Positions 8,760 through 16,038 of a stretch of 32,000 nt of DNA are shown piece by piece. Both the position numbers and the translations under genes were made by a program. Source of the stretch: Candidatus Omnitrophota bacterium (lineage in GTDB: Bacteria; Omnitrophota; Gorgyraeia; Zapsychrales; JANLHA01). Position 1 is the first letter of the stretch, and each line of letters opens with the position of its first letter. The notes below the pieces were generated by a model. It did not search any database. It was not told the origin of the DNA and worked only from the letters and a program-made list of their open reading frames with translations. The stretch lies in the NCBI GenBank assembly GCA_963662715.1, contig OY759724.1:1290001-1322000 (forward strand), read 5' to 3'.

Positions 8760-9065
8760 TTAAGGGATTTCTTCTCCAAAAATATTACTGTTAACCGTGG
8801 CATTAATCTGGGTGGCTGAGTAAAACATCGGTCTCGTTTGCTCTAACGGCCCGCCGGAATCATTCGTACTTATAGGAGACTCCAGAATAGCTTCGTGCCG
8901 GACAAATCTTTTTATCAAATCTGAACCTGTCCACGCAAAAACCTGAATCATGCCCACGATCAACAAAACGACACCTATCATTCCGAACATAAATTCCAGG
9001 GTAACCTGTCCTGGCCATTTGATTTTAACCAAATTTTTTTGAAAAAATTTTCTATTTTTCATCAT
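8760..9065 (-). CDS. TadE-like pseudopilin
   Basis: 101 aa. MMKNRKFFQKNLVKIKWPG|QVTLEFMFGMIGVVLLIVGM has the TadE-type G|QxxxEF N-terminus. Confidence 0.75.
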   Translation of the reverse strand: MMKNRKFFQKNLVKIKWPGQVTLEFMFGMIGVVLLIVGMIQVFAWTGSDLIKRFVRHEAILESPISTNDSGGPLEQTRPMFYSATQINATVNSNIFGEEIP

Positions 9066-9092
9066 TATAACTGATTATTCCGTAGCTATAAA

Positions 9093-10832
9093 TTATGGGG
9101 CAAAACGGCGTATCCAGCGCCGCCCTCTTAAATCACTTATACGGCTCCGCACATACAATATATAGCTGTCCCGGTCAAAACACGTAAGCTGAATAATCCC
9201 CGGATCAAAACATGTCGTTCCTGTGCTGGGACGGGAACAGGCTTCAACAGGGTTTTCTATCCCGTAAAGACCATTGCTCCTGGCCCAGGCCGTTGTTCCC
9301 CAGTCCCGGGGTGTAACATCGTTTGAACAAAACCTGCCTGAATCTCTCGTAAGCTGCAGCTGCCGCTCAACCACATCCAGCTGGTCGTGTCTCTCTGTGC
9401 TGCGGGAAAACTGTCCGGGAATGGCCGCCGGCATGATATTTTCCCCTTCTTCAACCCTTAAATAAGCCCCCTGCCCGGTTGTCTGGCCTGGGTCAGAGGA
9501 CGTAATCGTATATATCTGGGTGTCATCGGAAAATCCTGCCGACTGCTCAAGACAGCGCCAATTAGAACATATTCCCGCCCCATTATTGCCGGTTGCTGTG
9601 CTTCCGATCGTACAATTCCCGCTCGGTGCCGCACCGCAGGCCCCTCCGACAGTCCCGGCAAATCTCCATTCCCCGGGCATGCGAGCGTCTTCCATAAACG
9701 AACTGTTCAGATCTCCTTCCTGGCTATCCACAACGTAAAGCGTTCGAATAACTCCCGAACTCAAAACACTATAATTTAATATTGTTTCTTCAAAATAATC
9801 CCCGTCACAATCAATTTGAGAGTTCTCCGGAGAGTCCTCCCCGCTGGGATCAACAAAAATCCCCTGGACCCCGCCCCACGGCAACCCGGGTGTGGCCGTC
9901 CCGTTTCTTACGCCGGCAATCAAAAACCATTGCCAAAAAAAACCGTCCCGGTCTCCCGCCGGAACATCTGAAACTCCGTCAAAATCCAAATCAAAACGGA
10001 TATCCTGGGGAAGATTGGAGCAATCCTTAACGCAGACGCTCCCAAAACAGCATTTTTTGCTTTTCGGATAATTCCCGACAATGGTAAATATAACCGTACA
10101 CCCGGCATTGCTGGAAACGATATCATAATCCCCGGTTCCCGGGCCACCGGTGGCCAAAACACATTCATTCATATAGCCCATCTCATAATCCCCGTTGTTA
10201 TACCCGACAAAAACGCACGTATCATAAGATACGCAGTCGCTCCACCAGCACATGCCATACGGCGGATCATTGGGCGGGGCATTGTTATTGAAAAATGCCG
10301 GACCTGATTCGTTGCAGGGCGGAATCCAGGCCGGCCTTCCGCCGCTTGCCGTTGCCAGCGTAATAGTCTTAAAATCAGAAACAAGTAAAGGAATTCTTTG
10401 GCCGTTTATAAATAAATCTGACAAAGGAAGGTCATAGCGGTCGCCATAGTCTGTCGGACGGAATAAATTTTTGCTATGTGTGGCCGAAGCTGAAGCAGAA
10501 ACAGGAAACCGGTCTTTTGTCCCGAACTTGCTCCCGGCGGTTATGCTTATCCTGTCCTCCAGAATAACAACCGAAGCTCCTGTCCTGGCGTTAGCCCCGT
10601 CTTTGCCGGTTGAAAAATTAACATATTCTCCTTCCGTGGTGCGATAAGACTCGCTCAAAGCCAGACGTAAAGCACGCAATTGCAGGTTGTTCTGCATACT
10701 GGCTTGCACGCCGGCTTTAATGATAGAACCAATGATAAAAATTAATAAAGCTCCGAAAATAGCCAATTCCGTGCCTGATTGAGCTATCACAGACCGTTGT
10801 CGAGGCGTATTTTTTCTCTTTAGAAACATCAT
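9093..10832 (-). CDS. Large (579 aa) Cys-rich TadE/TadF-like pseudopilin
   Basis: N-terminus MMFLKRKNTPRQRSVIA|QSGTELAIFGALLIFIIGS (TadE-like). The remainder is Gly/Asp/Cys-rich (about 19 Cys by my count) with no domain I recognise. Confidence 0.75.
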   Translation of the reverse strand: MMFLKRKNTPRQRSVIAQSGTELAIFGALLIFIIGSIIKAGVQASMQNNLQLRALRLALSESYRTTEGEYVNFSTGKDGANARTGASVVILEDRISITAGSKFGTKDRFPVSASASATHSKNLFRPTDYGDRYDLPLSDLFINGQRIPLLVSDFKTITLATASGGRPAWIPPCNESGPAFFNNNAPPNDPPYGMCWWSDCVSYDTCVFVGYNNGDYEMGYMNECVLATGGPGTGDYDIVSSNAGCTVIFTIVGNYPKSKKCCFGSVCVKDCSNLPQDIRFDLDFDGVSDVPAGDRDGFFWQWFLIAGVRNGTATPGLPWGGVQGIFVDPSGEDSPENSQIDCDGDYFEETILNYSVLSSGVIRTLYVVDSQEGDLNSSFMEDARMPGEWRFAGTVGGACGAAPSGNCTIGSTATGNNGAGICSNWRCLEQSAGFSDDTQIYTITSSDPGQTTGQGAYLRVEEGENIMPAAIPGQFSRSTERHDQLDVVERQLQLTRDSGRFCSNDVTPRDWGTTAWARSNGLYGIENPVEACSRPSTGTTCFDPGIIQLTCFDRDSYILYVRSRISDLRGRRWIRRFAP

Positions 10833-10847
10833 GATAAAAGTATGAAG

Positions 10848-11156
10848 TTAATAAGCGGCAACCGTCGTAGAGCCGAATTTTTCTTCTAACATATTAGAAT
10901 TATCGTCCCGCATAGTCCAGACACCGCCATTAACAGGAATTGTTTCGATAACTGTTGATTGAAACCCCTGCACTCTTTCTGTTATATCCGTATTTGTTAC
11001 CCGGGGATCATATTGATCCCCCATCCCGTCAACAGCCTCTTTCCATCGTCCCTGGACCCCTCGTTTAAAATATGTCCCTATCCCCAAGAAAACACCTAAA
11101 ATTATCGTAATTAACGCTAAATATTCTAAAGAACTCTGTCCTTTTAATAACTTCAT
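10848..11156 (-). CDS. Flp-like pilin paralog (102 aa), class III signal peptide
   Basis: MKLLKG|QSSLEYLALITIILGVFLGI, then YFKRGVQGRWKEAVDGMGDQYDP. SD GAGGGAG. Confidence 0.82.
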   Translation of the reverse strand: MKLLKGQSSLEYLALITIILGVFLGIGTYFKRGVQGRWKEAVDGMGDQYDPRVTNTDITERVQGFQSTVIETIPVNGGVWTMRDDNSNMLEEKFGSTTVAAY

Positions 11157-11187
11157 TCTTGCGCTCCCTCAAAATACTGGTTAATGA

Positions 11188-11520
11188 TTAGTCATATCGA
11201 AAGCCAAGATTTGTTGACGTCGCCGTGATCGTTCTCGAATTGGTCCCGTCATAAATATAAGAAACTTCCCCTAAATTTTCTCTCGTACGCTTTACGGTTA
11301 CAGACGTGACATCCGTGGTTTGTTCATCAAGCTGTCCGTCTAGCCCGCCGGGCTGTTCCGCGTCAGTCTGATTACCTATCTGATCAGCAACAACTTTAAT
11401 CATCCCCTGTGCGCCTCGTCGTAATAAGGGGGTGAAAGAAACAAGAACTGCCACCACTGTACTTACTAGCATAGCATATTCTAAAAAGGTTTGAGCAGAT
11501 TTCTTAGTCTTTTTACTCAT
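11188..11520 (-). CDS. Flp-like pilin paralog (110 aa), class III signal peptide
   Basis: MSKKTKKSA|QTFLEYAMLVSTVVAVLVSF, then LLRRGAQGMIKVVADQIGNQ. No obvious SD. Confidence 0.78.
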   Translation of the reverse strand: MSKKTKKSAQTFLEYAMLVSTVVAVLVSFTPLLRRGAQGMIKVVADQIGNQTDAEQPGGLDGQLDEQTTDVTSVTVKRTRENLGEVSYIYDGTNSRTITATSTNLGFRYD

Positions 11521-11549
11521 AATAAAAAAATTTTTTAAATACAGTAAGT

Positions 11550-11975
11550 TTAATCCGCATAAGCAGGGGCTAACTGCATCTGATTGGTAATACCGCTCAT
11601 CGTATGATCAAATATTTGTGTGACAATTCCCGACCCCAAAGGATAAGCCCCTTCCTCTGTCATGAGGGTCGTATCTTCTTGATACTTAATCGACAAAGAA
11701 TTTGAGTAATAAGGCTCGTATTGATAACGGAAAGTCCCCGGATAATCGGCCCGCACCGTGCTGGCCATATGGTGTAAGGCATCCAGAGTCCTCCCCTGCA
11801 GAATACGCCGGACATAAGTCGCCATCGTCGTTATAATAGCTACAACCAAGAAAAAGGTTGTCGCATATTCAACGAATAAATTTTGCCCTTTTTTATTCAG
11901 TTTCATATCCAAGGTTTCTGTTTTATTAATAAAGTATGGCTTACCCGAAAGCTTTTTCCCCCTCAAGTAAGCCAT
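11550..11975 (-). CDS. Flp-like pilin paralog (141 aa as tracked, 118 aa if started at ATG 11906)
   Basis: MKLNKKG|QNLFVEYATTFFLVVAIITTM, then YVRRILQGR...YQYEPYY. The start is ambiguous (11975 or 11906) and neither has a clear SD. Confidence 0.72.
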   Translation of the reverse strand: MAYLRGKKLSGKPYFINKTETLDMKLNKKGQNLFVEYATTFFLVVAIITTMATYVRRILQGRTLDALHHMASTVRADYPGTFRYQYEPYYSNSLSIKYQEDTTLMTEEGAYPLGSGIVTQIFDHTMSGITNQMQLAPAYAD

Positions 11976-12024
11976 ACTTTATTCAGCTTAAAAAAATTCT
12001 GGTTTTATTATCTAAACTAAAATA

Positions 12025-12345
12025 TTAGCCCCAGAATTCGTTTTCAGCGTTGATCAGAACTTGGTTCGCCAATGTCTCGGTAACTTCATCCGTGTTCAAA
12101 GATGTCGTAGAAACACCATAGCTGAATGCTTCAGCAGTATTACTTACAGTTGAAACCATTCTACGGACATTGGTGTTACCTGGTGAATATTGGTCACCGA
12201 TATCATCTGTTGCACTCTTTAATCTACCCTGCACACCTCTCTTAATATAAACCTGGATAGATAAAAGAGCACCGATAACGATAATAATCAAGACGGCGTA
12301 CTCTAAAGTACTTTGCCCTTTTATTTTTCTTAGAAACTTAAACAT
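12025..12345 (-). CDS. Flp-like pilin paralog (106 aa), class III signal peptide
   Basis: MFKFLRKIKG|QSTLEYAVLIIIVIGALLSI, then YIKRGVQGRLKSATDDIGDQYSP. SD AGGAGGA. Confidence 0.85.
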   Translation of the reverse strand: MFKFLRKIKGQSTLEYAVLIIIVIGALLSIQVYIKRGVQGRLKSATDDIGDQYSPGNTNVRRMVSTVSNTAEAFSYGVSTTSLNTDEVTETLANQVLINAENEFWG

Positions 12346-12397
12346 TGAAAATTCCTCCTTAAAATACAGATTTCTATTACACTAAATTATCTGGATC

Positions 12398-12772
12398 TTA
12401 GATGCTATTCAACACACCAAACGCAGAATCATAATTTGATCTCTGGAAACCACCTGTTCCACGAGTTCTGTTGCTAGTTGTATCTAACTGGAACAACCCG
12501 CTGGCATCTGCTCTTTGGGTTTGAACTTCGAGTTCAGTATCCTGACGAAGAACATCGTAATCTGATTCAAGGTAGTAAGGTTCATATTGGTTGGTTCTAC
12601 CTAAAGCGCTTGTTGCATCTGTCAAATAAGCAGAAGCATCACGAATTCTCGCCTGAATGGTTCGTTGAGCATAAGTTTGCATAGCAATAACCGCCGCAAC
12701 AACAAGGGAAATTAACAGCGCATACTCGGCTGTTTGCTGTGCTTTTTTATTTCTAATTAACTTTCTAAACAT
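12398..12772 (-). CDS. Flp-like pilin paralog (124 aa), class III signal peptide
   Basis: MFRKLIRNKKA|QQTAEYALLISLVVAAVIAM, then YAQRTIQARIRD...NQYEPYY. SD GGAGGT. Confidence 0.82.
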   Translation of the reverse strand: MFRKLIRNKKAQQTAEYALLISLVVAAVIAMQTYAQRTIQARIRDASAYLTDATSALGRTNQYEPYYLESDYDVLRQDTELEVQTQRADASGLFQLDTTSNRTRGTGGFQRSNYDSAFGVLNSI

Positions 12773-12810
12773 TTATTTTACCTCCATTAACTTTTTCTCT
12801 GTGATAATTA

Positions 12811-13017
12811 TTACGGATTATCATAACGAGATGTTTGTAACCGATTGGCCATATCAAACATGCCATTCGTACCCGTACGTAATGTTGCATTGAATGCTGT
12901 GTTAAAAATACCAGTACTCGGGTTTAAGAAAATAATCAGAATGGCAATAACACCTGTCACCAGGATGATATACTCGAGGGTGCTTTGCCCTTTCTTTTTT
13001 CTGTTCTTGTATACCAT
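12811..13017 (-). CDS. flp: Flp-family pilin (68 aa)
   Basis: MVYKNRKKKG|QSTLEYIILVTGVIAILIIF. Classical Flp size. SD AGGAGGA. Confidence 0.85.
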   Translation of the reverse strand: MVYKNRKKKGQSTLEYIILVTGVIAILIIFLNPSTGIFNTAFNATLRTGTNGMFDMANRLQTSRYDNP

Positions 13018-13081
13018 TATTAATTCCTCCTATAAGTTGTTTCCTACAACACAAAGCAAGGTGGTTATCCGACCCACCATT

Positions 13082-13240
13082 TTAATCTCTGAATCCTTCT
13101 GAAATCAATTGCTGAGTTGCTTGAATAGATCTGAACACGTAGGTGCTCATGGCCAACATAGCTGAAGCCACTAATGCAACGACGACGGCATACTCTATAA
13201 TATTTTGACCGTTCTCATACCTTAACCTTTTATGCCTCAT
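13082..13240 (-). CDS. flp: Flp-family pilin (52 aa from ATG 13240; the track start 13288 is a TTG artefact)
   Basis: MRHKRLRYENG|QNIIEYAVVVALVASAMLAM. Strong SD GGAGGTG sits 8 nt upstream of ATG 13240. First gene of the pilin array. Confidence 0.85.
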   Translation of the reverse strand: MRHKRLRYENGQNIIEYAVVVALVASAMLAMSTYVFRSIQATQQLISEGFRD

Positions 13241-13576
13241 CGCGCTTACACCTCCATGCCGCAACTGATTCGTGCCCAACTCTTGCAACTTAAGAGCGGA
13301 TTACACTACGGGCTATATTCCAATCTGCCGATTGGATCCACGGCCCCAAGACGCCAAAGGCCTTTGGGAAAAGTGGATTAAACCCCTATCAGGGGTTGAA
13401 AGCGAAGTCACTAATATAAGAGAAGGAGCAACAAAAAAAGCCTCTTCACAAACTAGAAGAAGCCTCTTAACAAAAGCGTACTGTTGAAGTACCGCTTTAT
13501 AAAAAAAAGAATAAATCTGATAAATTCTTTTGACTGTTATTGTCATTTTATGACCAATTAAGTTTCTTTATTTGAT
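13241..13576 (-). promoter_or_regulatory. Long (~335 nt) structured 5' leader of the pilin operon
   Basis: No credible ORF. It contains, in plus-strand coordinates: a hairpin followed by a U-run (13475-13496, AGCGGUACU-ucaac-AGUACGCU then UUUUGUU on the minus strand); a direct repeat AAGCCTCTT at 13438-13446 and 13460-13468 (22-bp spacing); a perfect 7-bp hairpin AACCCCT-atc-AGGGGTT (13381-13397); and a 14-bp palindrome CCAAAGGCCTTTGG (13354-13367) enclosed by ATCCAC/GTGGAT. GC content here is visibly higher than in other intergenic DNA of the window. Confidence 0.45.
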
Positions 13577-13582
13577 GAATGA

Positions 13583-13612
13583 AGTATATCATAATATACA
13601 ACAAAATGTCAA
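13583..13612 (-). promoter_or_regulatory. Sigma70-type promoter for the pilin array
   Basis: The minus strand reads TTGACA (13612-13607), 18 nt, TATACT (13588-13583), with an extended -10 (TGaTATACT). Confidence 0.5.
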
Positions 13613-13642
13613 GAATTGAATCAGGGGGGGGCAGAACTTCAT

Positions 13643-15352
13643 TTACCGTCGAGAAAAAATCTTTATCATCAAGCGTCTTCCTTGAAAATCAACGATATTT
13701 CTTTCATTAATTCTGGAGGCCGCGGATATCAAATCCTCCAGGCAGGCATAATCATTATCGGGCATCAATAAAACCTGAATGTTGTTTTCGTCAGTATTTA
13801 TGGTGCCGTTTAAAGGGGTAATGATGTCCATGAGATCAACAGGTAAAAGACTTTTCTTTCCCGAGGAGAAATACGTTTGCCATGAAAAATTTGCCAGCAA
13901 ATTTTTTGCTCTTTGGATAATATTTTCAAAATTTTTGTTAGTATTAATATTAATTTTATAAGTATTAGTAATTAAAGAAATAAGAGGTTGCGCCTCTTTA
14001 GAAATAATTTTACCAACAGAATAATTAAAACCTCTTTGTAAATTTGGCCATCGGGCATAATATGAATAAACTACGTCATGAGCGCTCATCAAATCCTGAG
14101 GGGCATTGGTCAGGACCAGCCCAAAAGGAGCGGAAGCCTTGTTTTCCCTTAAGGGAAAAATCCTCAATCCCAGGCGGGGCTGAAAATCATCTTCCAGCGG
14201 AATCGTGGTAAAATATTCTGAATAATAAAGATTTTCATCGAAAAAAATATCTACCAGCTTTTCTACCTTACTTGTCCTTATTGACCGGATTAACGGTTGG
14301 AATTCTGGCTGCCATGGCCACAAACAGGAAATAAAGTATCTTTTTTTCTGAGGAATAACATCAAACAGGGCAATTTCATCTCCATTCACATCCAATAAAA
14401 AGATTCTCTTTAATCTCTTTCCCGCTTTGTTTTCAAAAGAAGCGCATAAATCTAAAAATTGTTTTGCGCAATACGCTTTTTGAGACAGGTTTTCTGACAC
14501 ATCCAAGATTGGACAAAAACAAAAAACTGCAGATTGGACATTGTTTATTATTTGATCGAAAACCACTCTGGTTGAATTGTTTACAGTGTTATAAAATGGC
14601 AAATCTAACTTTTTTGTCCAAACTGAACTCATCTCCACATCCAGCAACAAATCCGAATCATCTTCCAACTCCAAACGAATAAAAGCAACTTTTGTCATAC
14701 AATACTGAGCATCGACCACAAGCTGAACCACGGCATCGTCCCAATCATCAATCGTGTTCAATCTTTCTAATACCCCTTCCACATCTATTATTCGCTTATC
14801 TTTTTGTGTTAATATTTTCTCCCACAGATCAGCAGAGATATCTGTTTTATTAAAAAATTCCTTAAAAACCAATCGTTCAACCAAACTTTTTATCTGAATT
14901 TCATCCAAAAAAGAAATTCGCCCCTTGAGCAATTCAGCTAAAAGGGAATGATTTGACATTTCCCATTCCGCAGATTTAATAAAAACATAGCCAATATCAT
15001 CAACAAGCTCCTTCCCCTTGCTGGGAGGAGCAGGGAGCTTTAACAAATCTTCGGAAGAATCAAAAGGCTTCAACAAAGCCAAACTGTCACTTCGTATCAA
15101 TTTTTTCTTTCTCCTTCTCTTTACCGTCTTCTTGCGGGGCTTCTCAGAAAGCTGTCTTCTTCCTACAGGGCTGTTAAGATGCGCTTCCTTTAAAATAGCG
15201 CTAATAGAAGACTTGGAGACCATTATATGATAATTCTGTTGAACTAAATCGGACAGTTTTCGACAGCTTAAGGCAGGATTAGCCGCTTTTTCGGCTAAGA
15301 TAAAATCGATCACTTGAGTTGTAAGTTTATATACGACACCCATTGAAAACAC
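13643..15352 (-). CDS. Hypothetical 569-aa protein with an N-terminal helix-turn-helix and a basic KR-rich segment. The rest is unrecognised.
   Basis: Long clean ORF. GTG start at 15352 or ATG at 15343; no SD at either. The N-terminus (VIDFILAEKAANPALSCRKLSDLVQQNYHIMVSKSSISAILKEAHL) looks like a winged-helix/transposase-type HTH and is followed by EKPRKKTVKRRRKKK. I see no DDE or other catalytic signature. Confidence 0.7.
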   Translation of the reverse strand: MFSMGVVYKLTTQVIDFILAEKAANPALSCRKLSDLVQQNYHIMVSKSSISAILKEAHLNSPVGRRQLSEKPRKKTVKRRRKKKLIRSDSLALLKPFDSSEDLLKLPAPPSKGKELVDDIGYVFIKSAEWEMSNHSLLAELLKGRISFLDEIQIKSLVERLVFKEFFNKTDISADLWEKILTQKDKRIIDVEGVLERLNTIDDWDDAVVQLVVDAQYCMTKVAFIRLELEDDSDLLLDVEMSSVWTKKLDLPFYNTVNNSTRVVFDQIINNVQSAVFCFCPILDVSENLSQKAYCAKQFLDLCASFENKAGKRLKRIFLLDVNGDEIALFDVIPQKKRYFISCLWPWQPEFQPLIRSIRTSKVEKLVDIFFDENLYYSEYFTTIPLEDDFQPRLGLRIFPLRENKASAPFGLVLTNAPQDLMSAHDVVYSYYARWPNLQRGFNYSVGKIISKEAQPLISLITNTYKININTNKNFENIIQRAKNLLANFSWQTYFSSGKKSLLPVDLMDIITPLNGTINTDENNIQVLLMPDNDYACLEDLISAASRINERNIVDFQGRRLMIKIFSRR

Positions 15353-15354
15353 AT

Positions 15355-15425
15355 TTATTTTTGGACATTAATAAAACAAGTATATCATAATTAACTTTTA
15401 ATAAAAGAAAAATGTCCAAAAATAA
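15355..15425. promoter_or_regulatory. Perfect 15-bp inverted repeat (TTATTTTTGGACATT / AATGTCCAAAAATAA, 41-bp spacer) bracketing a TGaTATACT extended -10 for the HTH gene
   Basis: The arms are at 15355-15369 and 15411-15425. The minus-strand -10 TATACT is at 15384-15379 within the spacer. The 14-mer ATTATGATATACTT is identical to the one in the pilin promoter (13581-13594). Confidence 0.5.
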
Positions 15426-15696
15426 CGAAAAACTTTCTCTTAGCGTTTTCGAAAACACATTTTCGGAAACGCCAAGCCCCAGACGCACATGCGTCTACAC
15501 GATGAGAAATATCGGGAAACCCAAGTTATCTAAAAAACAAACCGCCATTCCTGGCAAAAAAACAAATAATAAACAAGCTTTATTGGCAATTACTTATAAA
15601 AATTGTATAATGAGATTGTCCGAAAAAAGGGGGGCGTTAGGAAAAAATGATTTTGCCCTGACCGCATGAAAGCAAATAAATTTCCAAGGAAAAAAC

Positions 15697-15939
15697 ATGC
15701 TAAAATGTCCTTATTGTTACGAACTCTTAAAATCCGGGGATGAATTGCGCTGCCCAACTTGCTCCCAGTACATCATTGATGAAATTCTCAGCGTAGACTT
15801 TCCAAGCCTTGATAAAAAAAACTGTATTTTTTGTGGAAAAAAAATATTGCTAGAAGCGAAAATCTGTAGGTACTGTAAAAAATGGTTGGATGAGATTGAC
15901 CGTGCCGCAAACGATATAGATCCGGAGGATCTGGTTTAA
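15697..15939 (+). CDS. Small double zinc-ribbon protein (80 aa)
   Basis: Four CxxC pairs (CPYC, CPTC, CIFC, CRYC). AAGGA lies 7 nt upstream of the ATG. This is the only credible plus-strand gene in the window. Confidence 0.55.
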   Translation: MLKCPYCYELLKSGDELRCPTCSQYIIDEILSVDFPSLDKKNCIFCGKKILLEAKICRYCKKWLDEIDRAANDIDPEDLV

Positions 15940-16038
15940 GACTATCAAAGCTGCTTCTTACAATCTGCGGTTAGATAAAAAAACGCCTACAGAATAAAAC
16001 CTGTTCAACACTTCCGGACAGTTTGAACTTCTTCCTTT

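Noticed and set aside
13340-13370. Resemblance of plus-strand GACGCCAAAGGCC to the GACGCAAAGCC core of the c-di-GMP-I (GEMM-I) riboswitch.
   Set aside because: It is on the wrong strand for the pilin operon, only one short segment matches, and the paired GNRA/receptor architecture is not evident. A covariance-model scan is needed before any claim.
13313-13546. A 77-aa minus-strand ORF in the pilin leader.
   Set aside because: It has no SD and hydrophobic or odd composition. It overlaps the palindromes and hairpins, which are better explained as RNA/DNA structure.
13581-15392. The 569-aa HTH gene as an insertion sequence, with the two AAGTATATCATAAT copies as target-site duplications.
   Set aside because: The 14-mers are in direct orientation and sit inside promoter-like contexts. 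I see no terminal inverted repeats at the putative ends and no DDE or other transposase catalytic motif. One 14-mer match is near chance expectation for 32 kb. It is kept only as an alternative in the HTH finding.
15412-15669. An 85-aa plus-strand ORF (MSKNNEKLSLSV...).
   Set aside because: It has no SD. Its ATG lies inside one arm of the 15-bp inverted repeat (the other arm gives a mirror-image MSKN... 13-codon ORF). Its content is low-complexity and Lys-rich. It is probably non-coding.
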